A stretch of 64,000 nt of DNA from a bacterium (GTDB lineage Bacteria; Electryoneota; RPQS01), in the NCBI GenBank assembly GCA_036504735.1, contig DASXUQ010000009.1:1-64000 (forward strand), read 5' to 3'. The notes under the pieces were generated by a model. That model searched no databases. It was not told the DNA's origin and saw only the letters and a list, made by a program, of their open reading frames with translations. Of this stretch, positions 35,704-45,530 are shown one piece after another; the stretch's first letter is position 1, and every line of letters starts with the position of its first letter. A program made the translations under genes and the position numbers.

Positions 35704-36090
35704 TTAGGCGCGCTCGCGCGCGGCGATTCGGCTGGTAGAGGCCTCACGGGTGACGCCGCAACTCTTCTGTTCCCGCCACTCCGCCAGCTTAAGGTTCAAC
35801 ACACGCATCTTCTCCGCGTCGAGCAGTTGCTCCACGCTGTCCAGAATCGACCTTTGGGCCGGACTCAATTCCCCGGCAATCCGGTAGTAGATCCACACCG
35901 CGGCCCTCCGATCCTGCACCAGACCGGCATTCAGCAGGTAGCGCAGGTGCCGCGACGCTTTCGACTGGCCTATTTGCAGAACAATCTCCAGATCGCACAC
36001 ACACAGCTCGCCATTCTGCCGCATCAGTGCCAGCATATAAAGCCGCGTTTCATCCGCCAAGGCGCGGAACAGAGCCGCTGGATTGCTCAA
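35704..36090 (-). CDS. arsR: ArsR/SmtB family metalloregulator (paralog)
   Basis: ELCVCDLE site. About 75% identical to the 3684..4070 product. Confidence 0.85.
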   Translation of the reverse strand: MSNPAALFRALADETRLYMLALMRQNGELCVCDLEIVLQIGQSKASRHLRYLLNAGLVQDRRAAVWIYYRIAGELSPAQRSILDSVEQLLDAEKMRVLNLKLAEWREQKSCGVTREASTSRIAARERA

Positions 36091-36116
36091 TCATCACCTC
36101 CATCTTGCTGAACATC

Positions 36117-36146
36117 AATATAACCGTATAGACGGATAGATGCAAG
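36117..36146 (-). promoter_or_regulatory. candidate ArsR operator, second copy
   Basis: aatataaccgtatagacggatagatgcaag. CCGT-N4-ACGG palindrome. Same 27-56 nt spacing to the ATG as the first copy. Confidence 0.5.
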
Positions 36147-36226
36147 AGGAGGCTTTGTCGCAATTTACTCCCCGGCACAGCATGTTTATGTTACGTCAAT
36201 GCCGATATTAACAACCACATGCTCGT

Positions 36227-37144
36227 CTAAGACTCTGTAACCTCGAGGGTCACGTGCACAAGTTCCGAGAACGCACCCAGCCTCTGGCGAAAGGCGGCAG
36301 CACTCCCTTTCTGTGCCCGCTGAACCTCAATTGCCGCCGCGTAGATGCCGGGACCGATACTCCACACGTGCAGGTCGGTCACCTTTCCCCCGGCAGACTC
36401 CAGCGCCTCGCGAATGCGATGCAGCAGAGCTTGAGGTGCCTGACGGTCCAAAAGCACCCGCGCCGAAACCAGGGAGAGCCCGATGGACCAGCGAGCAACC
36501 AGCACTGCGCCGACAATTCCCATCAGCGGATCGAGCCAATTCCACCCCAGATATTTGGCTCCGAGCAGCGCGAAAATTGCCAGCACGGACGTCAGGGCAT
36601 CGGCCACAACGTGCAGATACGCCGCCCGTAGATTGTGGTCATGCTCGTGCGCATGGTGATCCTGCTCATCCGGATGATGGTGGTGTCCACCCTGTAGAAT
36701 CCACACGCTGACCCCGTTCACAATCAGTCCGATCACTGCCACAAAGATCGCCTGGTCAATGGTGATAGTCACCGGATGCAGCATGCGCATCACACTCTCA
36801 TAGGCCATGATCAGGGCAAACAGCCCGAGCATTACCGCGCTGGTGTAGGCCGCCAGAGAATTCATTTTGCCGCTGCCGAAACTGTAGCGGCTGTCAAGCG
36901 CATAACGCCGGGCCAGGACATAGGCCGCATAGCTCAGGCCCAGCGCCGCTGTGTGCGAGGCCATGTGCAAGCCGTCCGCCAAAAGAGCCATGGAGCCGTA
37001 AAACAGTCCGGCGGCAATTTCCACCACCATCATCAGTGCCGTGACGATCACGACCATCAGTGTGCGGCGTTCGCCGGCCTGAACAGCCTGCTGCCCGAAA
37101 TCGTGCCGGTGCTCGCCGGCTGTCTGGGAGATTGAGTCTATCAT
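36227..37144 (-). CDS. cation diffusion facilitator (CzcD/ZitB-like) transporter
   Basis: His-rich loop GGHHHHPDEQDHHAHEHDH. CDF TM signature. Confidence 0.85.
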   Translation of the reverse strand: MIDSISQTAGEHRHDFGQQAVQAGERRTLMVVIVTALMMVVEIAAGLFYGSMALLADGLHMASHTAALGLSYAAYVLARRYALDSRYSFGSGKMNSLAAYTSAVMLGLFALIMAYESVMRMLHPVTITIDQAIFVAVIGLIVNGVSVWILQGGHHHHPDEQDHHAHEHDHNLRAAYLHVVADALTSVLAIFALLGAKYLGWNWLDPLMGIVGAVLVARWSIGLSLVSARVLLDRQAPQALLHRIREALESAGGKVTDLHVWSIGPGIYAAAIEVQRAQKGSAAAFRQRLGAFSELVHVTLEVTES

Positions 37145-37521
37145 CTGTTGTGGGTTTATTTGCTTGAGGTCTTGTTACGGGGTGCTTTACGCCGCTCCCG
37201 CTCGGCTAAGTTACAGACTTTTCTAAAGGTTGTCAATGTTGGCCTGCATCGCGGGTGAGAGGAGTACCCTCTTCTGCCGCATGGGTATGCTCGGCAACTG
37301 CTAACCATGCGCCATCAATTTGATAAACATTGCACAAACAGAATCTTACCCCATGCACCGTACCGATCTGAAAGCCCGACTCTCGTCGATAATCTCTCCG
37401 AAAAGCCTGTTGCGGACGTCATGGGTGCGCGATTACCGGGTTTTTGTATTGTGCGAAGCAGTAAAAACACGTTGACTCATATCGCTTGAAAGTGGTATAT
37501 TCTTGACGTCAAGAGATCAAG

Positions 37522-37890
37522 ATGGTTACACGTCATGCTGTAATGTCGGAAGCTGAAGACATGGGACGAGGTAGTAAGAGCGCGAAGGACGGTGCAGCAT
37601 CGATGGAGAACCAGTCAGATCTCGAACATTTGCGGGCGGGACGAACCGCCTTGCCGGAAAAATACACGAAGGCGACGGTCCCTCTCTTTGACCGTCAAAT
37701 TGCCGCATTAGACGAGATGCGGGCGGCGATCAAGCGCAACACGGGAGCATCGGTCATGCGGGCGGAAATTATCCGCGCCGCGCTGGACGCGATTCTCGAT
37801 GCAAATATTGACCTGACATCGGTGCGGCCCGATCCGGAATTCAAAAACCGGGATCTGAAGAAGATCATTTCGGCCCGGCTCAAAGGTTAA
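37522..37890 (+). CDS. hypothetical protein, possible ribbon-helix-helix DNA-binding
   Basis: ATVPLFDRQIAALDEMRAAIKRNTGASVMRAEIIRAAL resembles Arc/MetJ-type. Weak call. Confidence 0.4.
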   Translation: MVTRHAVMSEAEDMGRGSKSAKDGAASMENQSDLEHLRAGRTALPEKYTKATVPLFDRQIAALDEMRAAIKRNTGASVMRAEIIRAALDAILDANIDLTSVRPDPEFKNRDLKKIISARLKG

Positions 37891-38025
37891 GCCCACGTGA
37901 CTCCCGCTGTGCGGAGAGCCTTCATTTTTGCAGACGCCATGGATATGATGACGCTTCGCGAACGTTCGCCTGCCGAGTCCATCGCGAGGTCTGATTATTA
38001 GTTATGGTTTCTGGGTATTAGCACT

Positions 38026-39102
38026 GTGACAGCATTGCGCATTGGCGATCTTGTAGCCGGACTCCCCATCATTCAAGGTGGCATGGGGGTCGGCATTTCG
38101 CTCTCCGGCCTCTCCGCCGCCGTCGCCAATGAAGGCGGCATCGGAGTGATTGCCACGGCCGGCATTGGCATGCTGGAGCCGGACTTCTTTTCCAACTTTG
38201 TCGAAGCCAATCTGCGCGCGCTCCGGCGGGAAATCCGCGCCGCGCGTGCGGCGACCAAGGGGATCCTCGGCGTCAACATCATGGTTGCCCTTAGCACCTA
38301 TGCCGAACTGGTGACGACGGCGCTCGAAGAGAAGATCGACATTATCTTTTCGGGCGCGGGTCTGCCGCTGAATCTTCCCGGTTTTCTGACCAAAGATTCG
38401 GTGAGCAAACTGGTTCCCATCGTCTCTTCGGGACGGGCAGCGGCCTTGCTCTGCAAACGCTGGACGGAGCGCTTCGATTATCTGCCGGACGCGATTGTGG
38501 TGGAAGGGCCGCGGGCAGGCGGCCATCTCGGGTTTAAGACTCAACAGATTTCCGATCCGGCCTTTGCGCTGGAAAAACTGATTCCTGACGTGATTGAGTC
38601 CGTGCGTCCCTTCGCATTGGCCGCAGGCAAAACCGTTCCCGTGATTGCCGCCGGAGGAATTTACACCGGCGCGGATCTGCTCAAGTTCATCCGGTTGGGT
38701 GCAGCGGGCGGACAGATGGGGACGCGGTTTGTGACCACCCATGAATGCGATGCGTCGCTGCAATTCAAGCAGACCTATCTGGAATCCAAGGAAGGCGACA
38801 TCGTGATCATTCAGAGTCCGGTGGGGATGCCGGGCCGCGCGATTCGCAATGCGTTCATCGATGCCATCAATATGGGCGAGAAGAAACCCTTCCGCTGCCC
38901 CTATCATTGCATCGTCACCTGCGATTATCAGAACAGTCCCTACTGCATCGCCCTGGCCCTGGTCAATGCGCAGAAGGGCAACTTGAAATTGGGTTTTCCG
39001 TTCGCCGGTGCGAACGCTTACCGTACTCACGAAATCATCTCCGTCAAGGAACTCATGCGCTGCCTGATGCAGGAATATGCGGATGCAGAACATGCTCTCT
39101 GA
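38026..39102 (+). CDS. nitronate monooxygenase (NMO/2-nitropropane dioxygenase, FabK-like) family flavoprotein
   Basis: GGMGVGIS, TIM-barrel FMN oxidoreductase blocks. Confidence 0.8.
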   Translation: MTALRIGDLVAGLPIIQGGMGVGISLSGLSAAVANEGGIGVIATAGIGMLEPDFFSNFVEANLRALRREIRAARAATKGILGVNIMVALSTYAELVTTALEEKIDIIFSGAGLPLNLPGFLTKDSVSKLVPIVSSGRAAALLCKRWTERFDYLPDAIVVEGPRAGGHLGFKTQQISDPAFALEKLIPDVIESVRPFALAAGKTVPVIAAGGIYTGADLLKFIRLGAAGGQMGTRFVTTHECDASLQFKQTYLESKEGDIVIIQSPVGMPGRAIRNAFIDAINMGEKKPFRCPYHCIVTCDYQNSPYCIALALVNAQKGNLKLGFPFAGANAYRTHEIISVKELMRCLMQEYADAEHAL

Positions 39103-39145
39103 GACGGTGTGGTCATAAGTTTTTCCAAATAGCGCCCCCCGGGGG

Positions 39146-39258
39146 CTCTTCGCAGGCCAGTGTCACGAGAAGGTTGGCTTTCGTCCTTTTCGGCTTGTCG
39201 ATAGTGAAGCGGTGACAAAATCGGGACGCCATCCCGTAAGTCCGGAAAGGATCAAATC
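39146..39258 (+). promoter_or_regulatory. conserved 5' leader of second RRM gene
   Basis: ctcttcgcaggccagtgtcacgaga ... ttcggcttgtcga ... cgggacgccatcccg ... tccggaaagga. Confidence 0.55.
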
Positions 39259-39534
39259 ATGGTAAACATTTATGTAGGCAATCTGTCGTACAACACGACC
39301 GACGAAGACCTTCGCAACATGTTCGAAGCGTATGGCCGTGTCGACCGCGCCAGCGTCGTTATGGATCGCATGACCAACCGCAGCAAGGGCTTCGGTTTTG
39401 TGGAAATGCCGAATGACGCCGAAGGCAAAGCCGCCATCGAAGGCTTGAACGAGATGGAGACCCAGGGTCGCAAGCTCATGGTCAACGTGGCTCGTCCGAA
39501 GGAAGATCGCCCCGCCCGTCGCGACCGCTACTAA
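39259..39534 (+). CDS. RRM-type RNA-binding protein (paralog)
   Basis: MVNIYVGNLSYNTTDEDL. RNP1 KGFGFVEM. Confidence 0.9.
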   Translation: MVNIYVGNLSYNTTDEDLRNMFEAYGRVDRASVVMDRMTNRSKGFGFVEMPNDAEGKAAIEGLNEMETQGRKLMVNVARPKEDRPARRDRY

Positions 39535-39554
39535 ATCGCGCGAGTGAAGAGTTG

Positions 39555-39590
39555 AAGAAGGGCGAACCTTGCGGTTCGCCCTTCTTGTTT
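39555..39590 (+). terminator. rho-independent terminator after RRM gene
   Basis: gaagaagggcgaacc ttgc ggttcgcccttcttg ttt. Confidence 0.7.
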
Positions 39591-39616
39591 AGACGAACGT
39601 GCGTCTCCGAAACGAA

Positions 39617-39655
39617 TTCAGGCCCTTCGAGAGCATCGAAGGGCCTGAACTTTTT
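39617..39655. terminator. second hairpin between convergent genes (bidirectional)
   Basis: ttcaggcccttcga gagca tcgaagggcctgaa cttttt. Confidence 0.6.
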
Positions 39656-39676
39656 AAGATCGTCTGAAGGTCAGCG

Positions 39677-42600
39677 TTAGCGCATCAGCAGCATCTTGTT
39701 AACGGCCGTAAAGCTGCCTGCTCGCACCTGGTAGAAGTACACACCACTGGAGACATCCGCGCCGCCGGCGGTCCGGCCATCCCACGTTACCGCGTAGGAA
39801 GCGGCTGCCCGGGTTTCATCCAACAGCGTGGTGATGTGCTGTCCCAGTGAGTTGAACACATCGAGGCGCACGTGTTCCGCCTTCGGCAGATCAAAGGCAA
39901 TCTGCGTCGTCGGGTTGAACGGGTTCGGGTAGTTCTGCCGCAGGGCAAATTCCGCCGGGATCTGCCGCGCCGGCTTTTCCACCGCCGTAATCCGGTTCAC
40001 CACCAGTGTCACCGGAACGATAATGGTGGAATCATACACCGCGCTCGAAACCCGCAGGTTCACGTGATAGGTATCGTTCCGCAGTATGGTCGGATCGAAA
40101 GTGATCTGAACATCCTGCGACCCTGTGCCGGCCACCGTTCCCGTGCTCGGCACCAGATGCATCCAGGTCGAATTGAACACCATCTCATGGATCGCCAGTC
40201 GTGAGCCGGTGGTGCCGCGAATCACGCCGCCGAACACCAGCAGGGTGCTGTTCCAGTTCGGGGTGATCGTGCAGCCCGCCGCCCGGTCGCCCGCTGCGGA
40301 AGGAAGATCCACCACCGTCTGGAATTGGCGCGCCGTCGGGTTGAACTTCGAGACGCGGGTCAGACCCTCACCGTCACGGCTGAAGATATAGAGCTTGTAG
40401 CCGTTCGCATCCGTCGCGTTCCACGCCATGCCCGTAATGTTCAGCCCGGGGTTGGTGACTTCCACAACGATTCCGCCGGAGCGGTCAAGGCAGTAGAGGT
40501 TCGAGGTATAGTCCGCCGCCCAGAAGTAACCCAGCGCCGGATCGTACGCCAAGGCGCGCGAGGGATTGAGCGGGCTGGGGATCGTGTCGTGGACCTGACC
40601 GTTGGCATTGATGCCGATGATTACGTGGCTGTCCGAGCCATACAGATAGGTCCCGTCGGTCGCGATGTCAAACCAACCCGTCGCCGAGGAGCCCGGTTGC
40701 GGAATCGAACCCAGATAGGTTCCGTGGTCGTCGAACCGGTAGATGAGGCCCTGCCCGGTCAGTCCGTTGCTGCCCGTCACCCACCAGTTGCCGTTCATGA
40801 ATTCACAGCCCCACGCCTGATCATCCTGCGTAAGCTGCGAGACCGGAACAGAGGCCACCGAGTCCCACGGCGCGGGGTTGTTGTCGCCCGCGAAGTAGAT
40901 GCTCGTGGTCCAGTCCAGCGGTCCGTTACCCGCATTGTTGATGGTGAAGGCCGTCTGAACCGAACCGCCCAACGTGCTGTCTTCAATCGTACTCACCGAC
41001 AGCGCCATTTCCGGATGGTTGATGTGGAAGTCCAGCGTCGTCGTGCTGTCCAACGCCACAAACACGTTCGAGGCGGTGTCGCCGTTGAAGCGGTAAGCGG
41101 AGGTCATCACGTGATAGGTGCCAATCACCACGTTGGTCAGGTGATAATAGCCCGTCGCATCCGTCGTATCGTTGAACGGATAGCGGTCGGTCGAGACGTG
41201 CACGCCGGCCAGCGGCTGATTGGTTCGCGCGTCGTACACGTGCCCTTCAACCTGTCCGAACAGCACGCGCGCATCCGTCGTAAACAGGATCGACCTGCCA
41301 TTTTGAATGGTCGCGGCTCCCGGGGCGTAGTCGGTCACATAAGCGTAGGAGAGCCCCATCAGCGACCGGGGAGCCTGAATGCCGATGGTACAGCCTTCGC
41401 GCTCGTCGTATTCGGGCGGATCGATGTTCATCACCGCCTGATTGTACTGCATCACGATTGCGCCGTTGCCGTCCAGCGTCGGACGCGCCGCGGAATCATA
41501 CAGAATTACTTCAAAGTCCAGCGGGGACGGCGGCGTATTGCGGCCTGTCGCCTTCCACTGAATCACATACCGCCCGCTATCGGGCTGATAGGTCGCGAAT
41601 ACACCCAATCCAGCTCCGCCTGTTGTGATCAGGTCGTCCCAGTAGGGGGCAATCATCGCCTCGGGAGCCTGCGGCGCGGGAATCGGATAGTTGCGGAAAT
41701 TGTCGAACCACGCCTGATTGCCCAGCGCGCACCAGCCATTCGAGCAGACCGTAACGGAGTCGTAGAAACGGCCATAATACTTGAACCGGAACGGCAGCGG
41801 GCGAACCGTGGACCAGAGTTCGGAAGTAGACGTCTTTTCGCCGACATCATTCAGGTTCAGGTTATTGGCGCTGTTCGAGGAGATATCGACGTACTGGAAG
41901 ACCGGGTGAATATCGTAGCTCAGATCGGTGTTGTCATAGGCATAGTAACCGTACGCGTCCGGGCCGGTGGGATCGGTGCTCTGCGCCGTTCCCACGTTCA
42001 CCATAAACATCACCGTGTCCGACGCGCCGCTGGGGGTGCTCATCACCAGCATCATCGGCGCCTGATGGCCATTGAAGGTGAGCGGGTTGGCGGTCAGCAC
42101 GAAGGGCGCCGTAGTATTGGAATCCTGCGCGCCCGCCGCAATGTCGCCGTAGGTTGCATCCGCCGTACCCAGCGTGACAAAGGGACTCAGCGATTGCAGG
42201 TGGCCGGTCACGCCGATCAGCGACACCGCTCCCGCGTTCAGAACCGTCACGGACAGGTTGCGGGTTAAGCCGGGCCCAAAGGCGCCATTTGTGAATTGGT
42301 ACCGCGTGTACTCCAGATCTCCGGCGGCGCAGGTCAGTTCGACCAGACCGTTAGTCGTTCCGGCAGAAGATGTGATTGCCAGCAGCAACTGGACCGTCAC
42401 GCCATCCTGCAGATTGCCGGCCACCTGAATCCGGAAGGGCTGCGCGCCCAGTGCCGAATCTCCGGGGGCGATGTTGGCATAAGAAGCTGTACCCGTCACC
42501 ACCGTTACGCGCGGATTGGTGCTCGTCATGGTAGCGGAGACGCCGGTCGCCGTCACGGATGCGCCGAAATTGCGGATATACACCGGCAGGTCGATCGTCT

Positions 42601-44695
42601 CGCCGGGGTTCATGATGTGATTGCCATTACCCTGTGTGCCGCCGTTGTTGTCATCGTCCACCGTATGGGAACTGGCCATGGGCATGCAGTCCACCGATCC
42701 ACACGGAATCGTGAACAGGTAGGGCTTGTGATTCTGCTTGGTCACCGTCAGGTACATATCGCCGGCGGCGTTCACCGATACCGGCAGTACCACGTGGCCA
42801 TTGACATCCGTCATGCCGCGCACCCAGGTGGAATCCGCTCCGCGCTTCCACAGGCAGACCACGGCATCCTGAACGGGGACGCCGTCTGCGTCGCGGTGCA
42901 CCACCACGTCTACGCTGCGCGCGCCGATATTCAACGCCGTCGGATGGGTTACATTCAGCACTTTCGGCGCGGTCGTCCAGATGGACAGGCTGGGTTCGCC
43001 AAACAGGTTATTATACCGCGAAAACTGGCCGGCAAAACCGCTCCAGTCAGCAAAGGTCGTGTACAACAGCGCCTTGGCTCCCGACATGCATGTGCCGAGA
43101 TTCTCCACATTCAAATTGATGATGTTGTAGAGCAGTCCGCCCGTGAAGGTGATATTTTCGGGGTTGTGGGTACCTGCCGTCGTTGAACCGATACCGCACA
43201 CGCCGCCCTTCGGATTGGAGACGGTTCCGGCCGTCAGAAACGAGGGCGCCATGCCGTTCGATCCCGTAAAATCACCCGCCGTGCAGGTGATCGCCAGACA
43301 GATGGGAAGCCGCCACCCGGAATTGCATCCCGCCGCCAGACCGGTATTGACTTCGCTGATCCACGCGCCGCGCCAGAGGAAGAAGCCGATGCCGTTCTGG
43401 AAATGCGGATTGCACTGTGTCGCTTGCGGAGTTCCCTGCACCGTCTCGACTCTCACGCTGTCCACGTCGGTGAACTGCGTAAACTGGGACGCGCCCCACT
43501 CCATCAGCAGATAGTTGCTGGCGCAGCTCATGGCCGTTCCCGCCAGCAAAAAGGCCTTGTGGAACCACATCGTGTCGGCCACGCCCGGCGAGCTTTCCAT
43601 GCGCGGGTTGCGCTCATAACTCATGATCTTGGCATTAATCAGGGCCATCTCTGCGGAAGTTCCACCCGTCAAACGACCAACGCCGACATCTTCCAGATCG
43701 TCTCCGGTGTTGCCCAGCGCGAAGGCGTGGTCATAGTCACTATTGGACGTGGGGACACCAAAGCTCGCGAACACTCCGCCCATCAGGCAGACATATTCCA
43801 GCGGTGGATCCTGGCTGGCATAGAGCTGTCGAATCCGGGTCTGCATCGTCCCCGCGTCCCAGTTGCTCCGAGAATCCACAATCACCCGGTAACCTTGCCG
43901 CGTCTTCCACTGAAAGAGACTGTCCACAAACGGGTTCACGGACTGCGCGTCCGGCTTGCAGAGAATCAGGTAGCTGCCGGGGGTCGTCGTCGCATCCAGC
44001 AGGGCATTCTCATCGAGGTTGGCAATCACAGTCCGGTAAATGGGCACCCATGATCCGGTGGGACGGCGCGGGGTCACCAATTCGTTGACACTGGGCCGGT
44101 CATTGGCGACCACATCCGCGCTGAGATTGCGATAGATACGCGCTTGATGCGTCACGGGGTTCACCTGCACCGGATAGAGTGTGACCGACACCACGCGGAA
44201 ATCGCGCATGATCATCGGATCGCTCATCACCACCGGGTTCGCCGGATACCAGCCGTCCTTCGAGTAGAGAGCTTCATCCCGCACCAACTGCCCGAAAGCG
44301 GAGACTTCTGGTTGCACGGGGTAGGGGGTGATGTTCTCCACCAGTTCGAAGTCGGCGTTGGTGATCACCAGATCGGCGCCGCCGGTATTCGGAATGCGGT
44401 ACAAGCGGGACACCTGCGGAATCGATGGGCTGCCTTCGGTCGGGATAGATACCTCGCCGGCGATACCGAACGATTGATAGGTCTGAAAGTCCACCACCTG
44501 CTCGCGCATCATCACCGCCGGCGTCTGCATACTAATGGACGTCATTGCCGGTGACGGGTTGGTCACTGACAGGTGCGCTTGTGATCGGGAAAAATCGGGC
44601 ACACCCTGCGGCAAGGCCGCCGTTTCTGTTGCGAATGCCGATCCGGCTGATACCATGAGGCACGCACAAAGAAGCAAACCAGCTAAAAATCGCAT
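39677..44695 (-). CDS. very large (1672 aa) secreted T9SS-sorted surface protein, possible C25-like peptidase region and carboxypeptidase-regulatory-like domain
   Basis: Signal peptide MRFLAGLLLCACLMVSAGSAFA. C-terminal CTD LRQNYPNPFNPTTQIAFD...MLLMR. The C25 assignment is weak. Confidence 0.7.
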   Translation of the reverse strand: MRFLAGLLLCACLMVSAGSAFATETAALPQGVPDFSRSQAHLSVTNPSPAMTSISMQTPAVMMREQVVDFQTYQSFGIAGEVSIPTEGSPSIPQVSRLYRIPNTGGADLVITNADFELVENITPYPVQPEVSAFGQLVRDEALYSKDGWYPANPVVMSDPMIMRDFRVVSVTLYPVQVNPVTHQARIYRNLSADVVANDRPSVNELVTPRRPTGSWVPIYRTVIANLDENALLDATTTPGSYLILCKPDAQSVNPFVDSLFQWKTRQGYRVIVDSRSNWDAGTMQTRIRQLYASQDPPLEYVCLMGGVFASFGVPTSNSDYDHAFALGNTGDDLEDVGVGRLTGGTSAEMALINAKIMSYERNPRMESSPGVADTMWFHKAFLLAGTAMSCASNYLLMEWGASQFTQFTDVDSVRVETVQGTPQATQCNPHFQNGIGFFLWRGAWISEVNTGLAAGCNSGWRLPICLAITCTAGDFTGSNGMAPSFLTAGTVSNPKGGVCGIGSTTAGTHNPENITFTGGLLYNIINLNVENLGTCMSGAKALLYTTFADWSGFAGQFSRYNNLFGEPSLSIWTTAPKVLNVTHPTALNIGARSVDVVVHRDADGVPVQDAVVCLWKRGADSTWVRGMTDVNGHVVLPVSVNAAGDMYLTVTKQNHKPYLFTIPCGSVDCMPMASSHTVDDDNNGGTQGNGNHIMNPGETIDLPVYIRNFGASVTATGVSATMTSTNPRVTVVTGTASYANIAPGDSALGAQPFRIQVAGNLQDGVTVQLLLAITSSAGTTNGLVELTCAAGDLEYTRYQFTNGAFGPGLTRNLSVTVLNAGAVSLIGVTGHLQSLSPFVTLGTADATYGDIAAGAQDSNTTAPFVLTANPLTFNGHQAPMMLVMSTPSGASDTVMFMVNVGTAQSTDPTGPDAYGYYAYDNTDLSYDIHPVFQYVDISSNSANNLNLNDVGEKTSTSELWSTVRPLPFRFKYYGRFYDSVTVCSNGWCALGNQAWFDNFRNYPIPAPQAPEAMIAPYWDDLITTGGAGLGVFATYQPDSGRYVIQWKATGRNTPPSPLDFEVILYDSAARPTLDGNGAIVMQYNQAVMNIDPPEYDEREGCTIGIQAPRSLMGLSYAYVTDYAPGAATIQNGRSILFTTDARVLFGQVEGHVYDARTNQPLAGVHVSTDRYPFNDTTDATGYYHLTNVVIGTYHVMTSAYRFNGDTASNVFVALDSTTTLDFHINHPEMALSVSTIEDSTLGGSVQTAFTINNAGNGPLDWTTSIYFAGDNNPAPWDSVASVPVSQLTQDDQAWGCEFMNGNWWVTGSNGLTGQGLIYRFDDHGTYLGSIPQPGSSATGWFDIATDGTYLYGSDSHVIIGINANGQVHDTIPSPLNPSRALAYDPALGYFWAADYTSNLYCLDRSGGIVVEVTNPGLNITGMAWNATDANGYKLYIFSRDGEGLTRVSKFNPTARQFQTVVDLPSAAGDRAAGCTITPNWNSTLLVFGGVIRGTTGSRLAIHEMVFNSTWMHLVPSTGTVAGTGSQDVQITFDPTILRNDTYHVNLRVSSAVYDSTIIVPVTLVVNRITAVEKPARQIPAEFALRQNYPNPFNPTTQIAFDLPKAEHVRLDVFNSLGQHITTLLDETRAAASYAVTWDGRTAGGADVSSGVYFYQVRAGSFTAVNKMLLMR

Positions 44696-45530
44696 GAAGA
44701 AACTCCTCGGATTCAGTCTCGAACGTCCAATGGAAGTATTATTTTATCAGTCAATTTGAAAGTTACGGATCGTACAATCACTTTGCAAGAGGTTGCCATA
44801 CCAAATCTTATCAATTCTTCAATTTGTCTCTCTTTATCCTACCCGCCAAAACACGCATGCAAAATATTGTAATTATATAAATTGCATGACATAGAGCATT
44901 TGACTCGCTTGTCTTCAAAGCGCTCAATTTCCTGTGCTGTTTCAATCCATCTGCGCCGCCATCTGGCAACTGCTCATCGCTTGCCTCTACACTACTGTAA
45001 TTTAAAGCCTTACTATCAACCAGCCGCTGAAGCCGATCTATCGTCCATTCAGGCTCATAAAAGAGGCGAGATTAGGGCTTTGTTCGCAATGGTGGCATCC
45101 GCGAGTGCCCGGAACTCTGGGTCAGGATATGATATCCGACCGCAGTGTCTATTACTTATGTGTTTGATCGCGGATTGTCCGGAAGCCACATGCAGAGCGC
45201 CCACAAGGCCTGCCGCGCTGGGACAGTAGTGTTTTCGGCCTGCGATCCATCGGCATCGGTGTTCCAAAAAACCTCTCATTCTATCTCGCTTCGGATTGCC
45301 GCATCGATGCCGTCTTACAATCGCTTGTGAATGATGGGTTTGGCAGAAATCGCCGCGCTGGGTAGATTTTTAAAACTGGAGACTGTGATTGATAGGGCCC
45401 CTGAATGTCTGTATATTGTTGGATGCAAGGGTAGTAAGGTCTGGCTCGCGCACAACTGCTCCTGTGGATGCACCTCGGATGATCCTATGTACATTCTATG
45501 AGCCCCCGATTCTAATGTAAGGGTTTTGGC

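Noticed and set aside
38002-39093. 363-aa minus ORF
   Set aside because: Antisense to the nitronate monooxygenase gene, which has clear family blocks on plus.
40325-42268. 647-aa plus ORF
   Set aside because: Antisense inside the 1672-aa T9SS cargo gene. Arg-rich low complexity.
44882-45229. 115-aa ORF in AT-rich intergenic region
   Set aside because: No start context, no motifs, composition unlike neighbouring genes. Treated as non-coding spacer.
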